From Octopus vulgaris (lineage: Eukaryota), in contig OX597815.1 of assembly GCA_951406725.2 (NCBI GenBank), positions 168,206,001-168,270,000 of the forward strand: 64,000 bases of DNA, in the 5' to 3' direction. Below the pieces are notes generated by a model that did no database searches, was not told where the DNA came from, and was given only the letters and a program-made list of their open reading frames with translations. Positions 29,549 to 44,669 of this stretch are shown in pieces (position 1 is the first letter of the stretch; the number at the start of each line of letters is the position of its first letter). The translations under genes and the position numbers were made by a program.

Positions 29549-30293
29549 TCCCGATAAAATCTTGCCGTTAAATAGGTCTGCTCGATCAGAGTTTACCTTA
29601 GGCGATGCAATAAACTGACTCTTAATTAGATTTCACTCTCGCTAGAATATCAATTTAAAAACATGTCATTATATTGCGCGCGTGCGTGTGTTTGTGTATG
29701 TACGTAAGTATGTATTTAAATATACATTTGCCTCTTGTGAATGTTTTTCTGGGTTTTTTTTTGTTTGTTTTTTTGTTGCTGTTATATATTTGTATACGGA
29801 AAATTCGTATACGAAAAAAATCTTACGAATCTATAAATATTATTGCTTAGTAATTTTCACATATATATCTGTGATTGTGTATATGTAAGTATGTATGTAT
29901 TTATGTATGCATGTATGTATGTATGTATGTATGTATGTATGTATGTATGTATGTATGTATGTATGTATGTATGTATGTATGTATGTATTTATGTATGTAT
30001 GTATGTATGCATGTATGTATGTATGTATGTATGTATGTATGCATATATGTATGTATGTATTTATGTATGTATGTATGTTTGTATATATGTACGTATGTAT
30101 GTATGTATTTGTGTGTATGTGTGTGTGTGTGATTGTTTTTGTGTCGTTTTTAATTATTTGAATTCTTCATCAACAAAAGTACTTGGATTCTAACAAAGAA
30201 ACAAAATTCCATTACTAGAATTTGGATAAGAAAGCACTATGTCTCTGAGTATGTATCTGCACGACTATGTAAGAATGTATATTTGTACGCAAA

Positions 30294-30324
<31 letters not shown>

Positions 30325-30327
30325 ATG

Positions 30328-30573
30328 CTCCCTTTTAAAGCCTAGCCCGGCTCATGGACCCGGTTTCCTGGTCTCAATGGCATATGTATTCCCCAGCTGA
30401 ACGGGACCCCAGTCCATCGCAGCGTTACTCATTTTTGCCCGCTGAGTGGACTGGAGCAACGTGAAATGAAGTGTTTTGCTCAAGAACACAACGCGTCGCC
30501 CGGTCCAGGAATCGAAACCACAATCTTACGGTCATGATGCTGACATCCTAACCACTAAACCACGCGCCTCCAC
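30328..30573 (-). mobile_element. tRNA-derived SINE, family 3
   Basis: Reverse complement of the 61957-62205 type. Confidence 0.8.
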
Positions 30574-30607
30574 ATAGTTGTACGTAAAATGTATTGATAT
30601 ACTCATT

Positions 30608-31390
30608 TATGTATGTATGTATGTATGTATGTATGTATGTATGTATGTATGTATGTATGTATGTATGTATGTATGTATGCATGTATATATGTATGTATAT
30701 ATGTATGCATGTATGTATGCATGTATATATGTATGTATGCATGTATATATGTATGTATGTATGCATGTATGTATGTATGTATGTATGCATGCATGTATGT
30801 ATGTATGTATGTATGTATGCATGTATGCATGCATGTATTTATGTATGTATGTATGAATGTATGTATGTATGCATGTATGTATGTATGTATGCATGCATGC
30901 ATGCATGTATGTATGCATGTATGTATGTATGTATGTATGTATGTATGTATGTATGTATGTATGTATGTGTGTATGAATGTATGTATGTATGTGTGTATGA
31001 ATGTATGCATGTCTCTATTTAGAGTAAATTTTGACCGGCTTCCTGCTTGGTAGCAAGGTTGTGAAGTAAAGCATCTTGTTTTAACTTTGCTCCAGACGGG
31101 TTCGTATGTGTGCTGTTGCTCCAATAATAATATGTATGAAACTGAAAGTGTATACTGGGCACAGAATCCGCATCCTCCTTATCACTAGTCGTATGCATGT
31201 ATGTATGTATGTACGTACGCATGTATGTATGTATGTATGTATGTATGTATGTATGTATGTATGTATGTATGTATGTATGTATGTATGTATGGATGGATGG
31301 ATGGATGGATGGATGCATGCATGCATGTATGTACGTATGTATATATGTATGTATGTGTGTATGCATGTATGTATGTATGTATGTATGCAT
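30608..31390. repeat. Long degenerate (TATG)n microsatellite
   Basis: Direct reading; similar tracts at 14790-14912, 16150-16305 and 29885-30110. Confidence 0.95.
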
Positions 31391-31486
31391 GTTTGAGCGC
31401 ATGTATAAATATACATATGAACATACATACTTTATACACGCATTCGCATATACGTATATACACACATATTCATATGCATCCATAAA

Positions 31487-31531
<45 letters not shown>

Positions 31532-31550
31532 ACATGTATGTATATGTATA

Positions 31551-31629
<79 letters not shown>

Positions 31630-32623
31630 ATAGACACACACACTCACACACATACACATATATAAATATAGTGTATTCCACGTGTGCCGAGGAGTTACGT
31701 ACATTCGGCAATCAAAGTGCACTACCCGGGATGACGTCTGGTAGCTGCAAGCGGTGAACGTGTTCTGCAGAAGCACTACAAGAGACATCCCCCATAACAA
31801 GGTTTGGATACTATGTCTTAAAGTCTCCTACCTAAACTTCGATTTTAGATACAACTTGCATATATATATATATATTAAATTGGCGATAAAACCACTATTA
31901 GGCAAATCAAACAGTGAAAAACATAAACCAAAACATAAAAATAAATATAATTAATATAATATACAAAATATATAAAATATAAAATTTAAAATGAAATTAT
32001 TTAAAGTTAAAATTTTTAATATATAATTATAAATCTTCATATTTTTTATATTTTTTAAATTTTAAATTTATAAATTTTTAAACTTTTAATTTTTTAATAT
32101 TTATATTCATTTATTTATTTTATATATATATATAACTATCAAAAAGGTATTAAAAAGTTTAATATAATATAATAAGTATAATATAATAAGTAAAACCATA
32201 TATTTATACATATACAATCATGTATATGTATAAATATGTGTATAAATATACATACATCATATTTGCGTATATTTTTATTGAAATATCTACCTCATACGCA
32301 CACACACGTATGTGTGTACATAGGTATAAGTCTGTGTGCATAGTATATATGCATATATATACAAGTATATATATGTACGTATATACCTGTATTTATATGC
32401 ATGCACGTATCTATATATATAAGATGACCATCGCCAAATATAACAGTTCTCACACACTCCTGTATGTTATATTTTAATAATTACTGGTATCTTTATATAT
32501 TTTATATGTAAAGCATAATATGTTATACATGTATGTATATTCTTTTAATTGTCATTTTATTAAATAAATAAATAAATTGACATAATATAATGTCTAAAAG
32601 TTGATCCCCTCCATTTTCTGACT

Positions 32624-32695
<72 letters not shown>

Positions 32696-32698
32696 TCG

Positions 32699-32741
<43 letters not shown>

Positions 32742-33175
32742 TATGCGTGTGTGTAGACGTTGATACATACATACGTACATACATACATACATACATACAT
32801 ACATACATACATACATACATACATACATACATACATACACATGCGTATAATAATATAGTCCTGGATTTATTTGATTTCTAAATTATTTTTTGTTTTTGTT
32901 ACTTCTGTTCTTTTTATTGTAATTGTTGTAATGCTATCCAGGGCCTAATCAGCAGTAAAAGATCGACATTTAATCAAAACCATTCCAACCGTGAAAATCA
33001 CCACCTTTCTGACGAATATTTATGACTACATTAACTAATTTCGGTTTTGTTTTTGGTTTCTAAAATTTTTAATCGTGTGTTGAAAGAAATTGTGTTGTGT
33101 CTTGGAAAGAGTCATTACAACAAGAATTATAACAGTCGCACTGGTTCACTTCCACTTGTTTATTATGAGTCAAGT

Positions 33176-34798
33176 GAAGGCGACGAGCTGGCAGAAACGT
33201 TAGCACGCCGGGCGAAATGCTTAGCGGTATTTCGTCTGCCGTTACGTTCTGAGTTCAAATTCCGCCGAGGTCGACTTTACCTTTCATCCTTTCGGAGTCG
33301 ATAAATTAAGTACCATTTACGCACTGGGGTCGATGTAATCGACTTAATACCTATGTCTGTCCTTGTTTGTCCTTTCTATGTTTAGCCCCTTGTGGGTAAT
33401 AAAGAAATAGGTATTTCGTCTGAATTCAAATTCTTAGCGGTATTTACGTTCTGACTTCAAATTCCACCGAGGTCGGCTTTACAATTCATATTTTCGGGGT
33501 CTATTAAGTAAGTACCAGTTACGCACTGAGGTCGATGTAATCGACTTAATCCCTTTATCTGTCCTTGTTTGTCTCCTCTATGTTTAGCCCCTTGTGGGCA
33601 ATAAAGAAATAAGAAATGTTAGTACGCCGGGCAAGGTGCTTAGCGGTATTTCGTCTGCCGTTACGTTCTGAGTTCAAATTCCGCCGAGGGCAACTTTGTC
33701 TTTCATCCTTTCGGGGTCGATTAAATAAGTACCAGTTATGCACTGGGGTCGATATAATCGACTTAATCCGTTTGTCTGTCCTTGTTTGTCCCCTCTGTGT
33801 TTAGCCCCTTGTGGGTAGTAAAGAAATAGGTATTTCGTCTGCCGTTACGTTCTGAGTTCAAATTCCGCCGAGGTCGACGTGGCCTTTCATCCTTTCGGGG
33901 TCGATAAATTAAGTACCAGTTACGCGCTGGGGTCGATATAATCGGCTTCATCCGTTTGTCTGTCCTTGTTTGTCCTCTCTGTGTTTAGCCCCTTGTGGGT
34001 AGTAAAGAAATAAGTATTTCGTCTGTCTTTATATTCTGAGTTCAAATCCCGCCGAGGTTGGCTTTGCCTTTCATCCTTTCGGGGTCGATAAATTAAGTAC
34101 CAGTTGCGTACTGGGGTCGATCTAATCGATTGCCCCCCCCCCCCCTTCCCCCAAAATTCCGCGCCTTATGCCTAGAATAGAAAAGATTATTAGTCAATTG
34201 GTTAAGGCGGCGAGCTGATAGAATCGTTAGTACGCTGGACGAAGTGCTTAACGGTATTTCGCCCGTCGCTACGCTCTGAGATCAAATTCCACCGAGGTCG
34301 ACTTTGCCAATCATCCTTTCGGGCTCGATATATTATGTACCAGTGAAACATTGGGGTTAATGTAATCGACTAGACCCTTCCCCCAAAATTTCAGGCATTG
34401 TGCTTTTAGTATAAATCATTATTATTCAATTGGTTAAATATTCTTTTCTACTCTACGCAACAAGTATTAATTTATCGACTTCGAAAGGATGAAAGGCAAA
34501 GTCGTGCTCGGCAGAATTTTAACGTAAAGACTGCTAAGCATTTCTGCCAGCTCGCCGCCTTAATAATAATAATAATAACCCTTTCTACTTTAGGCACAGG
34601 GCCTGACATTTTGGGAGAAGAGATTAGTCGATTACATCGACCTACTCCAGTGTTTCACTTGTACTTAATTTATCGACTTCGATATGATGGAAGGCTAAGT
34701 CGACCTCGGCGGTATTTGAACTCAGAACGTAAAAACAGACTAAATACCGCTAAGCATTTCGCCCGGCGTGCTAACGTTTCTGCCAGCTCGCTGCCTTA
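33176..34798. mobile_element. Pile-up of family 2 SINEs (tandem internal units of about 184 bp on +, further copies on -)
   Basis: Unit tatttcgtctgccgttacgttctgagttc...ccttgtgggtagtaaagaaatagg recurs near 33228, 33411, 33647, 33831 and 34015; other copies at 34203-34420 (+) and 34440-34798 (-). Confidence 0.85.
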
Positions 34799-34799
34799 A

Positions 34800-35085
34800 C
34801 TGGTTAAATATTTAACCAACAAACTAATCCATCTTTTGTTTAACGTGTTAGATTAACAATCAACTGGTTGTTTGTTAGTCAAAGTTCTTCCGTTACTATT
34901 CGAGAGCTTTTTCAATGACTAGTAACTCTATGCTCACTCTGAGAGTCACGAGTCACTGAAAAGATTGTGAACAGCAACGAAAGAAATTAGGCGGACAAGC
35001 AAACAATTGATTGATTGTTTAACCAACACATTAAACAAACAATTGATTAGTTAGTTAGTTGGTTAGATATTTAACTAATTGATTG
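34800..35085. repeat. Diverged palindrome (MITE-like)
   Basis: ggttaaatatttaaccaac...ttttcaatgact pairs with agtcactgaaaa...gttggttagatatttaact. Confidence 0.55.
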
Positions 35086-35830
35086 ATAATAAAGAAATGA
35101 AATTTAACCTGTGCGTGTGTTATTATTATTGGCGTAATGACTCTCGCACGACATCATAAAATTGACTAATTCTTCTTTTTAAGAGAATATGGTAATTTGA
35201 TTTGGTGGAGATTTGACTGCAGTTTCTAGCAAGTGGACGCTCTTATAGAGCGAGCATGGGCGACTTTTCCGAGAAGCAGCCACAAAAGACATAGCACATC
35301 ATCAGACGAGTCGCACTACTAAAAATATCTTAATAACCATATTGTTATGCTTGGGGATATTCATCTTTTGCCGATTAAACACACTGGCTATTTATTTGAG
35401 CTTCACTTTAGCTTTATTATTATTGTTATTATTATTAGTTTATTTATCAAAGTTCTTTCGTCACACGTTCTGTGATTTCTGTCCCACCTGTCTCCTCTTC
35501 TCCTGCCTTATTCCATTTTGATACACGTTATTTTCTGCGTGAAATTAGGCATGCCAGACAAAATAACCTGCAGGCCGCATTTTGCCCGTGACTAATATGA
35601 AAGATCCTTCTTTTTTCAATCCGTGTAAACTGACCTATCTCCAAAGGTATTCCAACCATAACTATCATGTCTTTCAATGGGGTAGTAGATATTGTCTTAC
35701 CACTTTTTTTTTATATATATATATATATACAGCTTTATGGTGGAAGAATTTAAGAGAGATTTGGCTGTTTTTTCTAGCGGATCGAATGACCATGTAGCAG
35801 GTCACTCGCTATCTCGTGTGAGTTAATGTT

Positions 35831-36225
35831 TGGCGGCGAGCTGGCAGAAACGTTAGCATCCGGGCGAAATGCGTAGCCGTATTTCGCTCCCGTTACGTTC
35901 AGAGTTCAAATTCCGCCGAGGTCGACGTGGCCTTTCATCCTTTCGGGGTCGATAAATTAAGTACCAGTTATGCACTAGGGTCGATATAATCGACTTGATA
36001 CCTTTGTCTGTCCTTGTTTGTCCCCTCTATGTTTAGCCCCTTGTGGGTAGTAAAGAAATAGGTATTTCGTGTGTCTTTACGTTCTGAGTTCAGATTCCGC
36101 CTAGGTCGATTTGCCTTTCATCCTTTCGAGTCGATAAATTAAATACCAGTTGCATTCTGGGTCGATATAATCGACTGCCACCCTCCCCACAAAATTTCGG
36201 GCCTTGTGCCTAGAGTAGAAAAGAA
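35831..36225 (+). mobile_element. Family 2 SINE with one internal duplication
   Basis: Same unit as the 33176-34190 array. Confidence 0.82.
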
Positions 36226-36285
36226 TGTTTGTTCTCAGAGAAGTTTAATACTTTAATGTTACTACTATATTTTTAATAATTTTAG

Positions 36286-36660
36286 GGACGTGGCTGTATG
36301 GTATATAGTTTGTTTCCCAACCATATGGCTCTGGGTTCATTCCCACTGCATGGCACCTTGGGCAAGTGTCTTCTACTAAAGCCCCATACCAACGAGAGTC
36401 AAGTGAGTGGATTTAGCAGGTGGAAACTGAAAGAAGCCCATATATATGTGTATGTTTGTATCTGTTTTGTTTCTTACCACCACTTGACGAACGGTGTTGG
36501 TGTGGTCACGTCCCTGTAAATTAGCGGTTCGGCAAAAGTGCTCGATAGAAAAGGTACTAGGTTTATAACAATAAGTAATGGGGGTCGATTCTTTCGACTA
36601 AAATTCAAAGCAATGCCCCAGTATGGCCATAGTCAAATGACTGAAAAGTAAAGGATAAAA
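36286..36660 (+). mobile_element. Family 1 SINE (diverged)
   Basis: gtggctgtatggtat...ccttgggcaagtgtc...tggccatagtcaaatgactgaaa. Confidence 0.75.
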
Positions 36661-37004
36661 GACATTAGTATTATTATTTTAGTATTTTAGTGCCCAATTT
36701 CTTTTAATTTCATATCATTATATAGTTTTATTTGGATTTTATATATTAAACATATATATATATATATATTGTCAAAATGGAGTTTTATATTTTTTCAAAT
36801 TTTCTATAATTCAGAATAATTATTAGATTTTTAACATACATACATACATACATATGTATGTATGCATGTACACTCACGCATATATATTATATCATATAGT
36901 CTTCACATGTACACACATATTTTTTTATAAATATTAACGCCTATTTTATTTATCCAACTTTTTTGGTACTAAGATATGTGTGTGTGTATATGTGTCTGTG
37001 TGTG

Positions 37005-37096
<92 letters not shown>

Positions 37097-37248
37097 CATA
37101 TGTGTGCGTGTATGTACTATACTATATACGTGCATATATATTTTGTATTGCAGGTATGAATTATGTATATTTTTTGCATACAATATATTAAATATATCTG
37201 TATATTATATATCTTGCATATATATATATGTATATGTATATCTATCTA

Positions 37249-37310
<62 letters not shown>

Positions 37311-37313
<3 letters not shown>

Positions 37314-37577
37314 GTAAAATGATATGTGTCAATTATTCAATAGCCAAAATAAAAGTTTCGGATGCTGAGGTGGAAATCCACAACACCATCTCTTCGGTTA
37401 TCTGGCCATCTGAAAAATAACCGAAGAGATGGTGTTGTGGATTTCCACCTCGGCATCCGAAACTCAGAGTTTTATCTTGGCTATTGAATAATTGTCACAT
37501 ATTATTTTACAGATAAATTTCCTCTATTTACATAATATTGAGGTCTCTTTCTTTCTTTTGTTATCTTACCGTTTTTA

Positions 37578-37580
<3 letters not shown>
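37311..37580 (+). mobile_element. TA-flanked hairpin element with HHR (37417-37475)
   Basis: Arms 37311-37401 and 37417-37513; ataa CCGAAGA GATG...CATC c GAAA CTC a GAG TT ttat. Confidence 0.82.
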
Positions 37581-37616
<36 letters not shown>

Positions 37617-37680
37617 GTACATATATATTATATATAAAAAATAAAAGAATGTATATATGTATTTATGTATGTATATATGT

Positions 37681-37738
<58 letters not shown>

Positions 37739-37864
37739 ACAGCGACGCCATTGGCCTGTATTTGAACAACATAAACAAGTACAAATATATCTAATACGAT
37801 AGAATACCCACGCACACATGCACACACACAAACAAACACGCGCATACATACATATATATGTATA

Positions 37865-38215
<351 letters not shown>

Positions 38216-38419
38216 ATGATACACACACACACATAAGGGGTGACCCCTTTGGTCATGACTGACCATGGGATTGCACCTAGAAAGTTACCCTCCGAGGCAC
38301 AAGGCCGATGTCGGCGGAATTGGAACTCAGAATGTAAAGACTGACGAAATAATGCAAAGCATTTCGCATCCATGCCAACGTTTCTACCAGCTCGCCGCCT
38401 TACTATATATATAGGCTTT

Positions 38420-38541
38420 TCCTCAGAAGTATAGTGGTAAGCATTTGTGCCTCTCATGCGGGAGACCACGGTTCGATTCCCTGTGAACGGGGTTGTTTTT
38501 TAACCACAGTGGTGCTCCAGCACGACCGCAGCACTATGGCT
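38420..38541 (+). pseudogene. tRNA-Asp-like pseudogene or short SINE fused to the LINE-type tail
   Basis: tcctcagaagtatagtggtaagcat...gcctctcatgcgggagaccacggttcgattccc resembles eukaryotic tRNA-Asp; followed by gtggtgctccagcacgaccgcagc. Confidence 0.6.
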
Positions 38542-38689
38542 ATATTATGTCTATTTATTTATTTAAAACAGTTCTCATAATATATATAATACATATTATG
38601 TCTATTTATTTATTTAAAACAGTTCTCATAATATATATAATACATGTGTAAAGTACCAGTAATTTCTTGAATAAAAAAAGAAGAGCAGT

Positions 38690-38816
38690 TTATTACAGCT
38701 GTTTCTGCCAAGGGGTCACAGTACCCCACATGTTACTTCCATCTTTTCAGTGTAGTCTAGTGATCTCTAGATAAAATTAGGGTACTTGAGTGTGCCTCTA
38801 GGCTTCGTCAGAGAGT
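38690..38816 (-). ncRNA. Hammerhead-like motif with a long loop II
   Basis: Minus strand: CTGACGA a GCC...GGC a GAAA CAGCTG TA; helix I is weak. Confidence 0.5.
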
Positions 38817-38857
38817 TTAGAAGAGAGTCTAAGAAGTTCAGAGGGCTAATTTATATA

Positions 38858-38979
<122 letters not shown>

Positions 38980-39514
38980 CATACATACATACATACATAC
39001 ATACATACATACATACATACATACATACATACATACATACATACATACATACATACATACATACATACCAGTCAAAATTGCGAGGATGATCCGGTTCTTG
39101 ACTGAGGATAGAAAGCTTCGAATGACCCGTCCTTGTTTTTTTGTATCGTCTATCTGGATATGTTGTTGTCCCTTTTTGTATCATCTAGTTGTCCGGATGT
39201 TTTGCGTTCTTGTCCTATTTTGTATTTTTCAGATATATATATGTATACGCGTATGCATGAATGTATGTATGTTTATATGTATGTATATACACTCACATAT
39301 ATACATACATATACATGCACACATGTATGCATATATACATGTACACACTTATAACAAAATCAGTTATGAGTAGGTGTATTACAATATTCTTATTAGAGAA
39401 TGCATAAAAAGAGAAATATGCGTATAATCGAAGTAAATAATCAAGTTTGAGAAGGGTACAGTTTTGTAGAAATGAAAAGGTATATAAAAGGAGAAATATA
39501 TACATACACATACA

Positions 39515-39546
<32 letters not shown>

Positions 39547-39562
39547 CATATCTATCTATCTA

Positions 39563-39638
<76 letters not shown>

Positions 39639-39752
39639 TATATAAAATGTACAAAAGGGGACAAGAACGCAAACTACACAAAGAGACGACACAAAAAAAC
39701 AGACAGGTCATTCGAAGCCTCTAATCTTCAGTCAGGAACCGGATCATCTTAG

Positions 39753-39798
<46 letters not shown>

Positions 39799-40037
39799 CA
39801 TTCAGTTAACAGACATCCTTAATTAAATTAAACAGCACATGGATTTAATCACAAGGATCTCAATCCTCCAAGGTAATTTTTTCAAGAACTATCATTAAAC
39901 TCGAGTTACACAAAGACTTTACAATGTATCGGTGGACCTATTTTTTAATTTTTGTATATGTTTATTATTATTTTCTTTTTGTAATTTTCTTTTTTTCCCC
40001 TCCTCAAACATAAAAAAAAATTTTCTTTACACCTTAC

Positions 40038-40079
40038 AATTCTTGAAAAGTCACATTGTGACGAAAACCGGTTTGAATT
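40038..40079 (+). ncRNA. Minimal type I hammerhead ribozyme (U3-A8 variant) in a TA-flanked insert (about 39797-40190)
   Basis: aattc TTGAAAA GTCAC att GTGAC GAAA ACCGGT TT gaatt. Confidence 0.82.
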
Positions 40080-40842
40080 AATATATATATATATTTTATT
40101 CATTTTTCAAAATTTTCCATACACCCATTTTCATTAAAATTTTCCTTAAATTTAGCATTCTGCCTTTTTATAATTTTTCCTTGCCTATATATATATACGC
40201 ACACATAGACACACACATATTTCATGCGCTAGGAAGGGTGTATTCCTGCAGTGGTTCGTATTTTCTTTGCATATAGATATACACATATACATAAACATAC
40301 GATATGTTTATAGCTGAGGGCCTGATATCATGGTCTCCATTACGAGAATGAAAGTTTATATTAATAGTTATGATAGCAGTTGGTACTAAAGGTAGTAAAT
40401 CTCCGGGCAGTGATCAGGATACTGTATTAGCTTCCTTTATATTTTTTTTTCGTTATCTTTTAGTTAACAAACCCTATGGGTAATGGGGAGGGGGTTGTTG
40501 TCAGTCCCGTAATCTAATTGGTTAGCTATTTTTTTCTGAAAGGTCATGACGCTGTTATGGCTGGTTGGTGGTTAACAGATAACGAAACACGCCTTGAGTC
40601 GAACCAGGGGCAGCTGATGAAGGGGAATTTTCCTTGTATTGTTTGTACTGTACTCTGTTTTTTCGTTGTTAAAAAAAGTCCGTTTCCTTGTTTGATTTTA
40701 GGTTTTCGTTTTTCGTTGTGTTCTACATTTATTTGTGGCGTCCTGTACTCATATATGCATGTATATATACATATAGATGTAAGTATGTACATATATGTAT
40801 GTATATATGCATGTTTTATTTATTATATTGTATATATATACT

Positions 40843-41232
40843 CTTTACTCTTTAACGTGTTCCTGTCATTTGACTGTGGCCATGCTGGAACACCGCCTTT
40901 AGTCGAGCAAATCGACCCCAGGACTTATTCTTTGTAAGCCTAGTACTTATTCTATCGGTTTCTTTTGCCGAACCGCTAAGTTACGGGGACGCAAACATAC
41001 CAAGCGATGTTGGGGGGACAAACGCAGACATACAAACATATACAGACACATATATATATACATATATACGACGGGCTTCTTTCAGTTTCCGTCTACCAAA
41101 TCCACTCACAGAGCTTTCGTCGGCCCGTGGCTGTAGTAGAAGCCACTTGCCCAAGGTGCCACGCAGTGGGACTGAACCCGGAACCGTGCGGTTCGTAAGC
41201 AACCTACTAACCACACAGCCACTCCTACGCCT
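40843..41232 (-). mobile_element. Family 1 SINE (full length)
   Basis: Close match to 10383-10790. Confidence 0.88.
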
Positions 41233-41544
41233 ATACATATATACATATATGTATATATATATATACATATCCACACACACATACATACACATTGCTATAT
41301 GCTACTGTAGAATATATCTATGTCTTACAATGTGTGCGAACAGAAAAAGAGGAAAAGGTTGTACACGCGTTTCGATTTATGTTGTAATTGTCATTAACAA
41401 CGGTGTAACACTTTCTATTAACACGCCAATAATTTTACACACCCTCGATCTAGCTGCGTGTATATATGCATGTGTGTGTGTGTGTGTTTGTGTGTGTTTC
41501 GGCGTGCGTTCACGCGCGTGTGTATATGTTCTGTTTGTTCCTTA

Positions 41545-41893
<349 letters not shown>

Positions 41894-42006
41894 TTTAACA
41901 GAAGTAACAGAGTGATTCAAGATGGAACTTAAATCACTGTCACTTCTGCTAAATATTAAAGATATACATATTTTGAGTGCTATTTTTCCTGCTTGCATCA
42001 ACATAC

Positions 42007-42090
<84 letters not shown>

Positions 42091-42184
42091 GTACATACAT
42101 ATATATTGAGCGATAGAGAGAGAAAAATTTAAATGACTCAGATTCTGTTCATCAAATCCCAAATGTTGAGTAATATGTACACAT

Positions 42185-42266
<82 letters not shown>

Positions 42267-42267
42267 T

Positions 42268-42306
<39 letters not shown>

Positions 42307-42326
42307 TATAGATAGATAGATAGATT

Positions 42327-42416
<90 letters not shown>

Positions 42417-42927
42417 CATAACTTGAAGAGACAATGAAAACATTAGGCATCTGTACAAATATAATTCACCTCTTGTGTCTCATCATATATATCTTTTATT
42501 CACGTTTTACTTAGTTTTCCCTGCCAGTGTAACCCTCACCTTTATCGCTCAACCAATTCTGATCACTAACACATTTTTGACCATTTTTCGACGGGTGTAG
42601 AACATAATCCTAATGTTCTTTCGTCTGGATGATTATTCTTTAATAGCAATAACTCTTCTTATTCTTTACTCACTCTTAGTTTGTTTTTGTTTTTTGTTTG
42701 TTTGTTTGTTTTTTTTACTTGTTTCTGTATCTTTACTGATTTTTTGTTTTTTTTTATTCACTTATCTTCTTTCGAAACCAAGAAGTAAAGGAGGCCTCCA
42801 ATCATTTTTCTCTAAGTTCTTATCATTGTTCATCAAGTTATCCCCTCAAATCTCATCATTTCCGACCACCTTTCGAACATATATAGTGAAGTTTGTGCTT
42901 GTGTGTATGTATACATACATGTGTGTA

Positions 42928-42989
<62 letters not shown>

Positions 42990-44096
42990 CTTTTTTCTAG
43001 TCTTATTGATTTTCTCTTTAGGAAATCATTGCTTCCATAGCGCCCACAGAAAGTATATTTCTCATTGAATAACATATTACTCGTCATTAGCCGATATATC
43101 TCTGAATTCTTCTCTAATAATTGGTAGTTCTTGTTCATGAAAATCAATGTATTTTTTTGCAACAGTACATTTGAATTCATCATATATGTATTTGAATTAA
43201 CAGCAGAAAAGTGGTGGCCAAGAGTTAAGATGGTACTAACATACTAAATGTAGCGAAACCAACAAAACTTTTTACGCAATGTTAAAATTGCATCAGGAGT
43301 GAAAACAAACAAAAAAAGACTATTACTGATTAATTCTGGTCAAAAATAGCAGGGGAGACGAATCTCAAATTCCAATAAATAGTAGCTGAATGGAGGCATG
43401 CAGTGGGAAGTGAGTGATCATTTGTAAGTCAGGTGACATTGTAAGCTTGACAATAGAAGAGAAAGAAATTAATATAGGGCCGAATCTAACATTGAACTTT
43501 GCATCACCCTCATGGCAAATTCATTTAATAAAAGTATAGATATATTACTGTCTCATTTTTTTTCTTTTTTTCTCATTTTTAATCCCTTTAAGCATCAGAT
43601 TTTATCTTTGTTAATAGTATAGGCCAGCAATTTTAAGAGAGTGTAATCAATTGCATCGATCTAGTATTTTAGTGGTATTATATTTTAACTAGTCTGAAGC
43701 TATGCGCACTCACAGCCGAAACTCAAGGTAGCAAGTGATTGACTGGACCAAGCTAAAATATATTATTAATCTCTACTATGGTATTGAGTAGTCTTTTTTC
43801 CGACAGTCAACACTAAACGAATATAACTCTACGCATACACACACGAACACACACATACACACACACACACACTACAAACAAAACACACACACGACACATA
43901 TACATACACGCACACACACACATACTTCAAAGTAACAGTACTGACCTGTGGTAGGGACAAAAAGACACCACTCCTTATTCTACTAGCCCTACTACTAGCC
44001 TTTTGTTTACAGCCACAACCACACACACATACACACACGCATACACACACACACACACACACACACGTGTCATCATTGCACACATACACACACACA

Positions 44097-44440
44097 CGCA
44101 CACGCAGACCTCCGCGCACGCACATATCCACACTTACACACACATTCCCCCTCTACCATTCTGCTGTCTTTGACAATACTACTCTCCTGTCTTTGAAAAC
44201 ATCTTTCTTCACCCTTTTCCTTCCGGTCTTTCAAAATGTGACCTCGTGTGTACCGTTGGCGATTTTTTTCCCTCTGTCTTCCCTTCTCTGGATGTTCCCT
44301 TCTCCTATGTTTCCGACGAAGAGCTCCGCTCGAAACGTTAAACCCTCCTTCTTTCGTTCTTTCCTGAGCGTCCAATAATACTATATTTGTTCCACGTCCT
44401 CGCGTTGTTGTTTTTTGTGGTTTCTTGTTTGGATTAACTT
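44097..44440 (+). mobile_element. Family B repeat with HHR-like motif (44309-44343)
   Basis: gttt CCGACGA a GAGC tcc GCTC GAAA CG TT aaac; ends in (TA)n. Confidence 0.75.
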
Positions 44441-44499
<59 letters not shown>

Positions 44500-44529
44500 A
44501 GATATATATATAGATATAGATATAGATAC

Positions 44530-44577
<48 letters not shown>

Positions 44578-44621
44578 AAACAAGTCAAAAATAGAAAATG
44601 CTAAAATAATTTTATAGTGAA

Positions 44622-44669
44622 CATTTCAGTACCGGTTTCGGTCATTTTGAGACCTTTTCAACTGTAACG
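44622..44669 (-). ncRNA. Minimal type I hammerhead ribozyme (U3-A8 core variant) in the PLE 3' end
   Basis: Minus strand: cag UUGAAAA GGUC-ucaaaau-GACC GAAA CCGG UA cug; helix I cag/cug, helix II GGUC/GACC, palindromic helix III ACCGGU. Confidence 0.75.

Noticed and set aside
33176-34190. Regularly spaced repeats resembling a CRISPR array
   Set aside because: Whole ~184-bp units repeat with no unique spacers; they are SINE modules in eukaryotic DNA
38420-38491. Functional tRNA gene
   Set aside because: Acceptor and T stems are mismatched and it is fused to a retroposon tail
40530-40640. CTGATGA at about 40614 and GAAAC...GTC upstream of it
   Set aside because: The parts cannot be assembled into a consistent three-helix junction
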